Assembly (NCBI RefSeq): GCF_035084215.1
Contig: NC_090325.1
Coordinates: 22,630,001-22,694,000 of the forward strand
Direction of reading: 5' to 3'
From: Heptranchias perlo
Taxonomy: Eukaryota
Length of the DNA: 64,000 nucleotides
Positions 48,788-61,479 of this stretch are shown here, piece by piece. Position numbers and translations under genes: made by a program. Every line of letters starts with the position of its first letter. The first letter of the stretch is position 1. The notes under the pieces were generated by a model. The model had not been told where the DNA came from and did no database searches. It saw nothing but the letters and a program-made list of their open reading frames with translations.

Positions 48788-49689
48788 CATAAGAGTATCG
48801 GGGATAGGGACAAATTGGCATCTTTTTCCTTAACGCTTTTAACCATCATGCTCTGCAGACTGTGCTGATTATTTTGCTGAACTTGCCTTTTTTTGTTGTC
48901 AGACAAACAGTTAACACCATAGAATGGATATCCGAAAGATGTCTGGAACAATGGGCACCCTGGGGGGAAGATGTCCAGGACAGATGACATCATGGGGCTA
49001 ATGTCGTTAAGCTACTAGAAGCAAATATGCTTCAGAAAGATATAAAAACTGAGGCTTCGTCTCACTAAAAGTTAGAAGCAGCTTCTCAGGGTGGTGGAGA
49101 TCCACAGACCCTACGGACCAGGTCTGATCATCCTGAAATTTCCTAGGGACAGGTTGTATCATCCTTGTTTATTTGATATGACTTATTAGAATGTTATATA
49201 AATACTTGTTGTTTGTTATAACTGCATTAGAAAGTTGTTCTTGTGTCTATAATAAAGCTTGCATGTTCGGTCCCCCACCGGCCCGAATCATCGTGGAAGT
49301 CATTACTAAGAAGGATTAACAATCCTTGGTAGCATTAATAATAACATATTCCCAACAGTCTTGTGAATAACAACTCTATATATGATGCGAGGACCCAGCC
49401 AGGGGGCCATAAAAATCAGTGTCTCCTGAGCTCAGGACAGAGGAATCAGCAAAGTTCACCCAGCTGTCAAAAGCCTACCAAGATGTCAGAAGACTTCCAG
49501 CTGTCAGAAAACTTGAAACGATCATGCTGCCAACTTAATTACAAACTCTGCCCAGAGATCAAACAGGGTAATATTGTTTTAATCTCTATTATTACTGTCC
49601 TCTAATATTGAGTATTTTTACATATTTGATTTGACTATTAATAAATGGGACATTGATGACCATTTGACGTCATGTCCGAATCTGTTACA
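48788..49689 (+). mobile_element. solo LTR related to 35742-36544
   Basis: Shared 5' end (TAAGA.TAT..GGGATAG..ACAAATTG...AACCATCATGCT) and 3' end (GACATTGATGACCATTTG.CGTCATGTCCGAATCTGTTACA); flanks actc/actg. Confidence 0.72.
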
Positions 49690-50112
49690 ACTGACACCCA
49701 ACCTCAGTACAAGAAGGTATCAATATTACAAAGCAATTCCAAACTGTATAATTTACAATTATAGCTTAAACCAATTGATCATAGAATTCTTAGCAAATGG
49801 GTAACAAAATAAACTCAATGTTTTTAAGGGTTTGTGAGATAGGAACATAGGAACATTTAGCCTATTCCTATAATTTTTATAACTTCCATTCAGTACGCAA
49901 GCATGACCCTGACCTTCTGGTCACTTGCCATTTTAATTCCCCGTCCCACTCCCACTCTGACCTCGGCCTCCTACACTGCTCCAATGAAGCTCAATAGAAG
50001 CTCGAGAAACAGCACCTCGTCTTTCAATTAGGCACTTTACAACCTTCCGGACTCAACATTGAGTTCAGCAACTTCAGATCATAACCACTGCTCCCATTTT
50101 TTCGGACAGCAG

Positions 50113-50960
50113 ATAGGAACATAGGAACAGGAGTAGGCCATTCAGCCCTTCGTGCCTGCTCCGCCATTTGATAAGATCATGGCTGATCTGTGATCTAACT
50201 CCATATACCTGCCTTTGGCCCATATCCCTTAATACCTTTGGTTGCCAAAAAGCTATCTATCTCACATTTAAATTTAGCAATTGAGCTAGTATCAATTGCC
50301 GTTTGCAGAAGAGAGTTCCAAACTTCTACCACCCTTTGTGTGTAGAAAAGTTTTCTAATCTCACTCCTGAAAGGTCTGGCTCTAATTTTTAGACTGTGCC
50401 CCCTACTCCTAAAATCCCCAACCAGCGGAAATAGTTTCTCTCTATCCACCCTATCTGTTCCCCTTAATATCTTATAAACTTCGATCAGATCACCCCTTAA
50501 CCTTCGAAACTCTAGAGAACACAACCCCAATTTGTGTAATCTCTCCTTGTAACTTAACCCTTGAAGTCCGGGTATCATTCTAGTAAACCTACACTGCACT
50601 CCCTCCAAGGCCAATATGTCCTTCCGAAGGTGCGGTGCCCAGAACTGCTCACAGTACTCCAGGTGCGGTCTAACCTGGGCTTTGTATAGCTGCAGCATAA
50701 CTTCTGCCCCCTTGTACTCTGGTCCTCTAGATATAAAGGCCAGCATTCCATTTGCCTTCTTGATTATTTTCTGCACCTGTTCATGACACTTCAGTGATCT
50801 ATGTACCTGAACCCCTAGGTCCCTTTGGACATCCGCTGTTTTTAACTTTTTACCATTTAGAAAGTACCCTGTTCTATCCTTTTTTGATCCAAAGTGGATG
50901 ACCTCACATTTGTCTGCATTGAATTCCATTTGCCACAGTTTTGCCCATTCACCTAATCTA
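50113..50960 (-). mobile_element. young CR1 3' fragment
   Basis: Uninterrupted ORF 50195..50929 (244 aa, RT C-terminus). Confidence 0.93.
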
Positions 50961-51004
50961 TCTAATCTAATCTATCTATCTATCTAATCTATCTATCTAA
51001 TCTA
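50954..51004. repeat. (TCTA/CTAAT)n microsatellite at the CR1 5' junction
   Basis: Directly visible. Confidence 0.85.
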
Positions 51005-51255
51005 TGCTGGTAATGGTTCTGCTGTTGCCATTTAGAGCTCCTCTGGACCCATCTTTTGTTTCTTTACTTGTTTCATTACCACCCTCCTTGCCTTGCACCA
51101 TCATCCCTTTTGTCATTTAATCACTCCTACCCTCCACTCTATCACAGACCCTCTTCCCTTTTGTCCTCTCCTCCACTCTCCTTCCTCCCCCTCCCCCTCC
51201 CTCCTTTCCCTGGCTCTGTACTTGCTTAAAAACTGTTAAATCTTTAATTTCTTCC

Positions 51256-51292
51256 AGTTCTGATGAAAGGTCTTTGACCTGAAACGTTAACT
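51256..51292 (+). ncRNA. minimal hammerhead ribozyme motif at the Penelope 3' end
   Basis: agtt CTGATGA a aggtc-ttt-gacct GAAACGTT aact. Confidence 0.75.
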
Positions 51293-51919
51293 CTGTTTCT
51301 TTCTCCACAGATGCTGCCTGACTTGCTGAGTATTTCCAGCATTTTCTGTTTTAAACTTATAATTTTTATCTTGTGATGTTTTGTACTGATGTTGCCCAGT
51401 CCCAAAGGACCACAGAAGCTAACCACCTACACCTCGGATCAACTGACAGTCAATTACTGCTCACAGACTGCAATCAATACCTTTTATATGTTGAGAATTG
51501 GTACTTACATCTTGTGGCTAATGGCAGTAATGTATTCACCAAATGCATTGTGTTAATTGGGGTGATAATTATTGAATTGTTGAAACATGATAAATATGTC
51601 GGTTGTTTCTTCTGCACAAAGTAGCAGGTGGCACAGAACCAGTTCCCTACTGCAAGCTGCAGAACACACCTGGCGCCTTGTATGTGACTGTGGGATTTAA
51701 TGTGGTGAACACTATGTAGAGCACAGTGTGGAAGATTGCATTCACTGATTAGAGTTGCATGTTCTTAGAAATTCAGTCTTGCAATGATATACATTAAAGT
51801 TTATCCAATTGCAATCATTCATCTTTTAGCTGAAAAATGGTTAACTAAAATAAACTGCAAAATTTTTAAGACATACATTAGCACAAAAATGTAAAGCTTA
51901 GTTATTTTGTCTTTTCTCA

Positions 51920-52375
51920 GCCTTAGCACAGTGGTAGCACTCTCGCCTCTGAGTCAAAAGTTTGTGGCTTCAAATCCCATTCAACAGATGTGAGCACATA
52001 ATCCAGGATGACACTCCAGCGCAATACTGAGGCAGTTCTGCACTATCAGGGGTGCCGTCTTTCAGATGAGATGTAAATTCGAGGCCCTCTCAGGTGGACC
52101 TAAAAGATCCCATGGCATTATTCCATGAAGAGCAGGGGAGCTCTCCCAGTGTCCTGGCCAGTATTTATCCCTCAACTAACATGACGAAAACAGATTATCT
52201 GGTCATTATCATATTACTATTTGTGGGATCTTGCTGTATGCAAATTAGATGCTGCATTTCCATACATTACAACAATGACTACACTTCAAAAAGTATTTCA
52301 TTGGCTATAAAGCCCTTTAGGACGTCCTGAGTCGTCAAAGGATATAGAAATGCAAGTCTTTCTTTCTTCTTTCTT
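51920..52375 (+). mobile_element. full-length Deu-domain SINE (SacSINE1-like)
   Basis: tRNA-like head TAGCACAGTGGTAGCAC...GGCTTCAAATCCC, Deu core, tail AAATGCAAGTCTTTCTTTC. Confidence 0.85.
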
Positions 52376-53044
52376 TCAAATTAAACTCCCGAAAAGCAAT
52401 GAATTGAGCAGAAGGAACACCACAGAAAGGACTGATTGTGACTTTGCTGTGTCCAAAAAAAAATGTGCTTCATGTAAAATAAGCAGAGGTCAGAGCGAGA
52501 GGACACTGATCCGACCGGTATTGTCAGCACTTAGAGGACTGAGTGGAACTAACACCCCTTTAACAAATCTCATGGACCAAACCGAAAAGTGACTTGTAAC
52601 TCTGCATCCGGTCTATATGCAAGGACCCGTGATAAAGAAACTGCTTCTCGCTCGTCAATGTTTCCTTAAACTGTTTTCAGTTTGCATCATCGCCTGGGAT
52701 CTTTCAGGGTTTCCATTGCACAGTCTTGGTCAGAACGATACCAGAGACGCCTCCTCACCTTGTGGTACTATTTGGCTGCGGCCGCACACAAGGTGAGCCC
52801 CAACTGATCAGCTTGTACAGGGCGTGGGTATAACAAGTCAGGCACAAAACAGGCTAGAGAAGGACTTCAAAACAAATTGCCAATAACATTAAGAATAGAC
52901 ATATCTTGGTCCGTTACTGTAATCGATTAACTTATAACCCGTACTGTTGTATTCTTGGCCATTCTCTTGTTTAAATAAATACCATGTTACAGGTAAACAA
53001 TTTCAGTCAACTGGTGCTGGATACAGACAATATGCACCTGTTGA

Positions 53045-53205
53045 ACATAAGAAATAGGAACAGGAGAAGGCCATACTGCCCCTCAAACCTGCTCCGCCAT
53101 TCAACAAGATCATGGCTGAACTTTCACCTCAACTCCACTTTGTCGCCCTATCCTCTTAGAGTCCCTTGATTCCCTTCGAGTCCAAAAATCTACCGATCTC
53201 AGTCT
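53045..53205 (-). mobile_element. CR1 3' end
   Basis: AACATAAGAAATAGGAACAGG tail. Confidence 0.8.
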
Positions 53206-53469
53206 CTTGATTCTCCCCTGTACTCTATGTTTTTCGAGCCCTGCTGAAATGCTGCCCTATCTTTCATTCTTGAGTTCTGATGGGGGGACTACACTCTCAA
53301 ACCTTAACCTGACTTTTCCCTTTACAGATGCTGACTCACCTATTGTATTTCCAACATTTTCTGCATTTATTTCAAACTTCAAGTATTTTTATTTATACAT
53401 CTATTGTGGCTTGTTCAATCAAGCAGAGTAACTCACAAGATATCATCTCTAAAAAAAAACATTTCCAAG

Positions 53470-54555
53470 AAAAAACTGGAGTTTGTTATGATCGGGAATG
53501 CACTGCCTGAAAGGGTGGTGGAAGCTGATTCAATTGTAACTTTCAAAGGGGTATTTGATATCTACTTGAAAAGGAAAGATGTTGCAGGGTTATGAGGAAA
53601 GAGCAGAGGAGTGGGACTAATTGGATGGCTCTTTCAAAGAGCCAGTACAGGCAGGATGGGCTGAATGACCTCCTTCTATGCTGCATCATTCTATGATTTG
53701 CTTCTTTTTTCTTTGCTTCAAAATCATGAAGGGCTTAGATAAAGTAAATAAAGAGAAACTGTTCCCATTGGCGGAAAGGTTGAGAACCAGAGGACACAGA
53801 TTTAAGGTGATTGGCAACAGAAACAGAGGCGACGTGAGGGAAAAAATTTTTACACAGCGAGTAGTTATGATCTGGAGTGCACTGCCTGAAAGGGTGGTGG
53901 AAGCAGATTCAATCGTGGATTTCAAAAGGAATTAGATAAATACTTGAAGGGAGAAAAATTGCAGGGCTGTGGGAAAAGAGCGGGGGAATGGGACTAACTG
54001 GATTGCTCTAATAAAGAACGGGCACCTGCTCAATGCTCGATGGGCCGAATGGCCTCCTTCTGTACTGTAACCATTCTATGATTCTATGATTTATAATTCA
54101 CAGGTTGGCTGTGCAGATGATTCTATGGAACATTATTGATTGGGAATGCCAGCAGGGCAGTGATGGAAACTGGGGCTGTTTTCATTAGAACAAAGGAAAT
54201 TAAGGAGCGATTTGATAGAGGTGTTAAAAATTATGAAGGGACCAAACAGAGTAGATAGAAGCAAACTGTAGTGATTGAGGGGTCTAGAAGTATGGGATTA
54301 TAGATATAAGATTAAATGTAAGACATTTAGGACAGGGAGCAAGAGAACCTTTTTTACACAATGTGTTGTGAGGCTGTGGAATGTACTAACAGAGTTAGTA
54401 ATTGAAGCAGAGACCATGTCAATATTTAAGATAGGTGGTTGAAGAAAAAAAGAATAAAGCGATATAGGAACCTTTATTGAACAGCTCTATCAAAGAGCCA
54501 GCACAGTCATGGTGGGCCAAGTGGCCTCCTTCTGTCTCTATGATTCTATGATTCT
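53470..54555 (+). mobile_element. cluster of CR1 3' fragments
   Basis: ORF 53678..53935; repeated (ATTCTATG)n tails at ~53690, 54075 and 54545. Confidence 0.82.
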
Positions 54556-54768
54556 AGGAACAGGGTGGGCACATGGAATTAGGACAGCAGAGTGTGTGGA
54601 AGTTAAGCACTAACACAGACTGGTGGGCCTGTTTCCTTGTTGTAAATGCTGTGTAATTCTATGGGAGGCAGAGGTGGCTGAAAGGCAACAGTCTTCGACT
54701 GGGTACTTCCTGCTGCAGTGCAGATGATAGCTGATCTGATAACCCTTATCGCCGCATTGATTATCCTT

Positions 54769-55586
54769 CGGTTTTAATGCATTTTGGTTAGAGTTATCAA
54801 TCCATTCATAGGAGAAGTAATCACTTTTCAATCCTAATACAGTCCCGGGGGCAGGTAACATCACCTTGAAACCCAATATTACATTCCTTTATTAGAATAT
54901 AAGAGCAGGGAGGTTATGCTAGAACTATATAAAACACTGGTTAGGCCACAACTTGTGTACTGCGTAAAGTTCTGGTCATGTCCATGCCGGCCAAAAAAGA
55001 GCTATCCAAATTAATCCCACTTTCCAGCAATTGTCCCATAGCCCTCTAGGTTACGGCACTTCAAGTGCACATCCCAGTACTGTGATTAACTGTCTTCTAC
55101 ACGTGCACGAGAATGTGCTCATGTTAGTTCCATCAAGGCCTTGAATCGACCTCCGAGGTTCTTTAAATTACATTGTATTTTAATTCTGGGCACTAGTTCA
55201 GTTGTTAGATACTGCATTTCATATTGCTGGTTGTATTGTGTGGCCAGTAGGTGGGGGAAGGGTTCATTGGATGATGTAATTTGTTCCCCAGATAGGAATC
55301 AGATTTCACAGTCTAACCGTCCTTTGTTAATAGGACACCGTTCCGAACGGGCCCTTTGGTGACTGGTGGATAAAAGCGGTTTTAATGCAGTTTGGTTAGA
55401 GTTATCAATCCATTCATAGGAGAAGTAATCACTTTTCAATCCTAATACAGTCCCGGGGGCAGGTAACATCACCTTGAAACCCAATATTACATTCCTTTAT
55501 TAGAATATAAGAGCAGGGAGGTTATGCTAGAACTGTATAAAACACTGGTTAGGCCACAACTTATGTACGGCGTAAAGTTCTGGTCA
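54769..55586. repeat. 210-bp direct duplication (54769-54978 = 55377-55586)
   Basis: Near-identical sequence; gives twin ORF starts MGFKVMLPAPGTVLGLKSDYF. Confidence 0.92.
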
Positions 55587-56105
55587 CCACATTACAGGAA
55601 AGATGTAATTGCACTAGAGAGGGTACAGAGGAGATTTACGAGGATGTTGCCAGGACTGGAGAATTTTAGCTATGAGGAAAGATTGGATAGGCTGGGGTTG
55701 TTTTCTTTGGAACAAAGGAGGCTGAGGGGAGATTTAATTGAAGTATATAAAATTATGACGGGACTAGATAGAATGGATAGGGAGGAACTATTTCCCTTGG
55801 CAGAGGGGTCAGTGAGTGGGGGCATAGATTTAAACAAATTGGTAGAAAAATTAGAGGGGAGCTGAGGAATTTTTTTTTCACCCAGAGGGCGGTGGGGGTC
55901 TGGAACTCACTGCCTGAAAGAGTGATAGAGGCAGAAACCCTCAACTCATTTAAACAGTACTGGGATGTGCACTTGAAGTGCCGTAACCTAGAGGGCTATG
56001 GGACAATTGCTGGAAAGTGGGATTAATTTGGATAGCTCTTTTTTGGCCGGCATGGACATGATGGGCCAAATGGCCTCCTTCTGTGCCATAACTTTCTATG
56101 ATTTG
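55490..56105 (+). mobile_element. CR1 3' fragment
   Basis: ORF 55524..55865. Confidence 0.9.
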
Positions 56106-57044
56106 ATGATTACAAACATTAGGAGTGTCCTCAAAGCTGGGCTAATGTAACGCCCAAAAGTGAGCACTATTGCCAGAACCCTCTGCACTACATAAAGTCA
56201 CACCCCAATAATCTGCAATCATTACCTAATAAAATGTCTGCACACTAATCATAGTTTCAATCCAATCAAATCGTTACATTGTTGAATTTACTGATTAGTT
56301 TTTTTAGTTATGCTCTTGTACTAAACTAAATTGTTACTGGAATTTCTGTTAGTACCTACTGTCTATTAGCTTATGATAGGAGGGATGCGAAGGTGTTGCT
56401 TGAAAGTATGATTGGGATAGAGGTGAGTGAGCTGTTATGCTAGGCTGCAGTTATACTGCCACTTTCTCCTTGGTGTGAAATTGTTTTGGATACCTACCCA
56501 TGCAAAAGTAGCAGTATAACTGAGGATTCAAATCGACATGACCCTCGGGCATTCAAAGCATTCTGAAATTGCTTCCAAGAAGCTATCTCATAGGCATTAG
56601 CTGTCTCCTGGGGCAGAATGGGAGTCACTACCCACCGTATAACTACGCTTTTTTTCGGTGTGCTTCGCATTCCCGTTACTGATCTCTGACGGTAGTATAA
56701 CCGCAGACTATGTGTATGGTAATATTTTCATTTTAGACTTTATTTCATGCTTGTATTTCTGCTCAAATAATTTTATGTCACTTTATTTTGACAAAAAGTT
56801 ATCTCCTATGTAGGGTTGAGGCTGTGATTTAGTCTCCAGGAAAATATATTATCCATCGCCGCACGTTGTAATTGAAAACTAATTCAGTTTCATCGTCCTT
56901 GTCTCAGGAATCGCACCTTAGATTTTTCCCCTTTCCATTTACTCTGTTTAAATTATCGCGTGACTTTTCATTAGGATTTTAACTTTTGACATCTTTTCTG
57001 TTTTAGTGTTTTATCTCTCTTATAAAGTGAGAGGTATTAGTTTT

Positions 57045-57250
57045 TTTTTATTCGTTCATGGGATGTGGGCGTCGCTGGCGAGGCCGGCATTTATTGCCCA
57101 TCCCTAATTGCCCTTGAGAAGGTGGTAGTGAGCCACCTTCTTGAACCGCTGCAGTCCGTGTGGTGACGGTTCTCCCACAGTGCTGTTTGGAAGGGAGTTC
57201 CAGGATTTTGACCCAGCGACAATGAAGGAACGGCGATATATTTCCAAGTG
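57045..57250 (-). mobile_element. LINE 3' end (family of 19910-20215)
   Basis: TTCATGGGATGTGGGCGTCGCTGGC... is the reverse complement of that tail. Confidence 0.85.
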
Positions 57251-59314
57251 CTGGAAAGGGGACATTTTCCATTTTCGGCCACCAATGTTGCATTAGGCAC
57301 TCCTAGGTCAGGTACAGCAGGGTCAGATGCAAAGTAAAGCTCCTTCTACTCTGGGCTCAAACCTAACACTCCCCACAAGAGCACCACCCGCAGCACCAAA
57401 GTAACATTTTCATTTTCCATTTTCTTAGACCACTCCTTATAGTTTGGCTGACTAACGTTGTCGAGTTAGTGCCTCCATGTCCCACGTGTGCACTGTGTTC
57501 CGCATTTGCCTATTAACAACCAGGAAGCAATTATTCAAGCGGATTTAAATAGGGCCCTTGCAGCCAGCAAACAGAAGACTTTCATTACATTATTCTGGGC
57601 TGGATTCAAACCCACATACTTCCCAAATATATAGTCACTACCACTTAACTGTGCTGTGTGATTTCCTTTATTTCCACAATTTACAAATAATAAGTAATAA
57701 CTGTAAGAAAGTTTACATTTTAGGACAAGGTTATAGTCAGGGTTAGTCAAATGTTATAGTAGTTGGACGGGAAAGTAGGGTTAAGGTCGCAATCAGATCA
57801 GTCATGATCTTATCAAATGGCAGAGCAGGCTCGAGGGGCCGAATGGCCTACTCCTGCTTTTAATTCGTATGTTCGTATGTAGGACAAATATGCTGCAACA
57901 TAAGGAAAATAATGTGCAAAAAAAATCTTACGAATGCTTCTTTGTGATTTCCACATTTTAACAGACTTGACCAGGTTACAAAGATTACATAAATACAGAC
58001 GTCTGACAAATACAGTTTTTACTGTTGTCATAATCTACACGGTTCTATAGCAGGAACATTGTAACAAAAGTCTTCCCTCTAATGTTTTAACACTAACCCC
58101 CCTTGCACTCATGTATGTGATGAATGTGATTAGTTATTGTACTCGTGAAATACACATGATCCAAGGGTGTCATGAAATATACATGATCCAGCAAACACCA
58201 ACAATATCTTGGGACAGGTTTAGTGCTGTACAGGTACTTGAAGATGTAATAGATAACAGTTTGTTACTTTTTGAAACTAACGGTAAAATATGTTGTGTCC
58301 AGGCCATAAAATGGTCATCAGTATGCAACAGTTCCTTCGGTTCAATTGTAACGCGTCACTGTTGACGGAAGTAACCTCTTCAGAAATGTTGGGTGGAATT
58401 CTCATGAAAAGTATAACTTTTCTGAGTGACAATCCCTTAAGCCGTTGAGAATTATAGCCTGTAACATACTTTTTTTCGCGAGGAAGAGGCATTTTCTCGT
58501 GTAATACCCATCCCTTCGCCTAACATTGGGATTTGCGGAACTGGGAGGCAACATTCGGCTCAAATCAATCGTTTGATCAATTTTAACAGTCGATCGCTTG
58601 TTCTTTGAGTAGCAGAACCCATTGTAGCACCAATTAAATATTTTACCACGTGAGTGAAGAAGCATAAAATTACAAATATCCCTGGTACAAGCGCCTTAAA
58701 TAAACATCGATTTCACAAGTAGGGTTCCATTGCAGACACTCTGATGGGCGATTAAAGGTAAGAATTATTTGTGTTACAGTTGTGCTGCCCCATTGTAATT
58801 GTTTTTTTACACTTGATATATGAGCAGAAACCTTCAAATCGAATTCATGGTTAATGCATTGTCAATTTGCCAATCGGGGCTACTAGGAATCTGAAAAAGA
58901 AGCATTTGTTTACAGGCTACCAATTACCGTATGCTGACATTATTCTGCCTGGATCAGCGTCCAAATTCTGCTTCAAAAGGAAACGGTTACAATTCGTAGA
59001 GGAAATTAAGCACAGAGATGGATTCGTGAGCTCGCTCGCTCTTCTCTGGTTCATACAGCCACGGCTACACTCAGCCTAGGAGATAAATACAACGAGCTTA
59101 CTTCCGCTGTAAAGACATTTACCAGCAAGCTATACGAATAACTATCAAATGTCCGAATGGTACAGATATTATCCTGGAAACTGGAAGGTATCGAGCGCTC
59201 CTAGTTACTTTGGTGACTGTCAGGTAACCTGCTAGCAGCATTATTAGAATCACATTTATTGTGGTCCGTTTTTGCCTCGAACTCACGAAGAAGATCCATG
59301 CGACTATAATCTTA

Positions 59315-59405
59315 ATGTGGAGATGCCGGTGATGGACTGGGGTTGACAATTGTAAACAATTTTACAACACCAAGTTATAACTTGGTGTTGTAAAATTGTT
59401 TACAA
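59315..59405. repeat. Penelope terminal-repeat remnant forming a perfect ~56-bp palindrome
   Basis: TTGTAAACAATTTTACAACACCAAGTTA|TAACTTGGTGTTGTAAAATTGTTTACAA. Confidence 0.85.
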
Positions 59406-61159
59406 CTATAATCTAGGGCAGAACTTATACATTCGATTCTATGGGCCTGTAGCAATGAATAGTAGCAATTAATAGGGAGATTAGAACTTTTCCAAACAGA
59501 TCCAAGGTAAAGAATATCCCGTCATTTCTTTTCAAGGCTGGGTTTTCCCACCAGGCCACCGCAGATGAAATGGCGATAGCAGCCAATGGAAAGCTACATT
59601 TGGGGATTTTTGTCCAGCGAAATTCAGATCTCGCGACTTTTCTACACAGCAATTTTTTCAAAAATTTCTAATATTCATTGTTACCGCTTTCTAAAAGATT
59701 ATATCTAATACATCTAATGGATAAATGGAGAAAAGTTGCATGGCTATGGGGAAAGAGCAGAGAAGTGGAACTGTTGGATAGCTCTTTCAAAGAGCCGGCA
59801 CAGGTAGGATAGGCCGAATGGCCTCCTTTTGTGCTGTATGTTAATGCTAGAACCTGAGTCTTGTCATATCTTTGGTACGTCTTAGGGTTAAAGTTTCACG
59901 TAAAGCTTCAGTTCCCAGTTGTGGAATTGCAGTTTTTGGGAAGAAAAAGGGGGACTCGTTTTATTACCGCCTCTGAACTTCACAGCGCTGATAATTGAAA
60001 TGAAATAATCCAAAGGGGGTCCAGTAATTCTAGAAGAATGCTTTATCTAGCAATTGTTCAGTTTTAACAAGGAGAAAAATGAACATTGTAACTTCTCGGC
60101 AGAAGCTCAGGTTATAGGTATACAAAGAAGGTCATTAGTGACATTGTTGGCTTGCAACGAGCAATTCATAAGATGTCTGGTTAACGGGGCATGTGGAATC
60201 TAGAGAGAAAATATATAAACAGGTCACAGCGACCTTCGTTTTATTCGACGAGACAATGCTATTATTTTTGAATTGTGCTCAATAAGGAAGTAAATCTATG
60301 ATGGTTCTTTGTATGTTTATTCTAGTAGCAATAATCTATAGTGTGATCTGGTATCGACAACATTCTGAAATTAATTAACGGCATTATTTCAAGGTGAAAA
60401 TTACAGATTTATTTTTTCCAAATATTGCTCCAAATGTCAGTGTAGAGGGAAACCCTTATCCCAAGAAACAGCGAGAGACGCAACTATCTCCAGAGTACTC
60501 GCATTGATCCATTACTGATTGGTAGTGGACTATATCTCAATTGAAACTGGGGAATAGAACAATGGGCCAGAGTAGATTTACTTTATCTGAGAAATATATT
60601 TAAGCGGAAAGCATTGAACGGAAAACAATATGAACTGGGAGGTGTTACGTTAAGAATACAGGAAGTAAACCCATAAACAAGTGTATGATAGCACAGATCA
60701 TTGTAATACTGATCAAGTTAGCTGTTTTCATATTACAGAACGAGCATTAGGGCCAGGGTAAAGGACATCGCTTTTGTGTCATAAAATTCAATAAGGCGTT
60801 TAGAAAGAACGGGAGTAGATAGAACAGGGAAATAGATTGGGAGGAGGGCTGTTTTGCTAATATGAGACAATTTAGCCTGGACTGACCTGTGTCACCAATG
60901 GATAATTGGAAATGATTACAGATATCCACAATAAAAGGAAGAACCTGACGTGAAATCATTGATGGATACACAAAATAAAGATCTTGTGTTCAGCTTGTCA
61001 CACCTCAAAGAGTCATGCAAAGTCTGTGTCACATTTGAACCTGATTATCTCAATTATGAAATTCAGAAACAGCTACCAATCACAACTGGACAGATATGAA
61101 ACTTACCAATGTACAAGTGGAATCTTTTTTAAAAATAGACAAAAAGTCGGTCATTTCAT

Positions 61160-61322
61160 AGTATCATAGGATCGTAGAAAGGTTACAGCACGGAAAGAGG
61201 CTATTCAGCCCATCGAGTCCGCGCTGGCTCTAAGCAAGTTCAATCCAGCTTGTCCCACTACCCCGCCTTATCCCCGTAGCCCTGCAATTTTTTTCCTTTC
61301 AAGTACTTATCCAGTTCCCTTT
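61160..61322 (-). mobile_element. CR1 3' end
   Basis: Reverse complement of the CR1 3' UTR. Confidence 0.75.
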
Positions 61323-61479
61323 TGCTGTTGGTTTCTACTAACCCTGATGAAGGAGCCGCTGCCCAAGGAGATGCTGGGACTTGACGAGCAGCTGCCAATC
61401 TAGTGAAAAGCTTCTGTCAACAATTAGCCTCTAGTTCAACAACTACACAATTCCATTTTGCTTCTCACCTACAGAGATA

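Larger units (their letters stand above)
49885..51355 (+). mobile_element. Penelope-like element 3' part (GIY-YIG end 49885-50085; 3' UTR resumes ~51005), split by a CR1
   Basis: VTCHFNSPSHSHSDL...KLEKQHLVFQLGTLQPSGLNIEFSNF; ends in the hammerhead-bearing repeat. Confidence 0.82.

Noticed and set aside
51920-51990. tRNA-like sequence with A/B boxes
   Set aside because: It is the head of a SINE, not a tRNA gene.
61340-61380. CTGATGAAGGAG resembling a hammerhead start
   Set aside because: No downstream GAAA box or closing stems.
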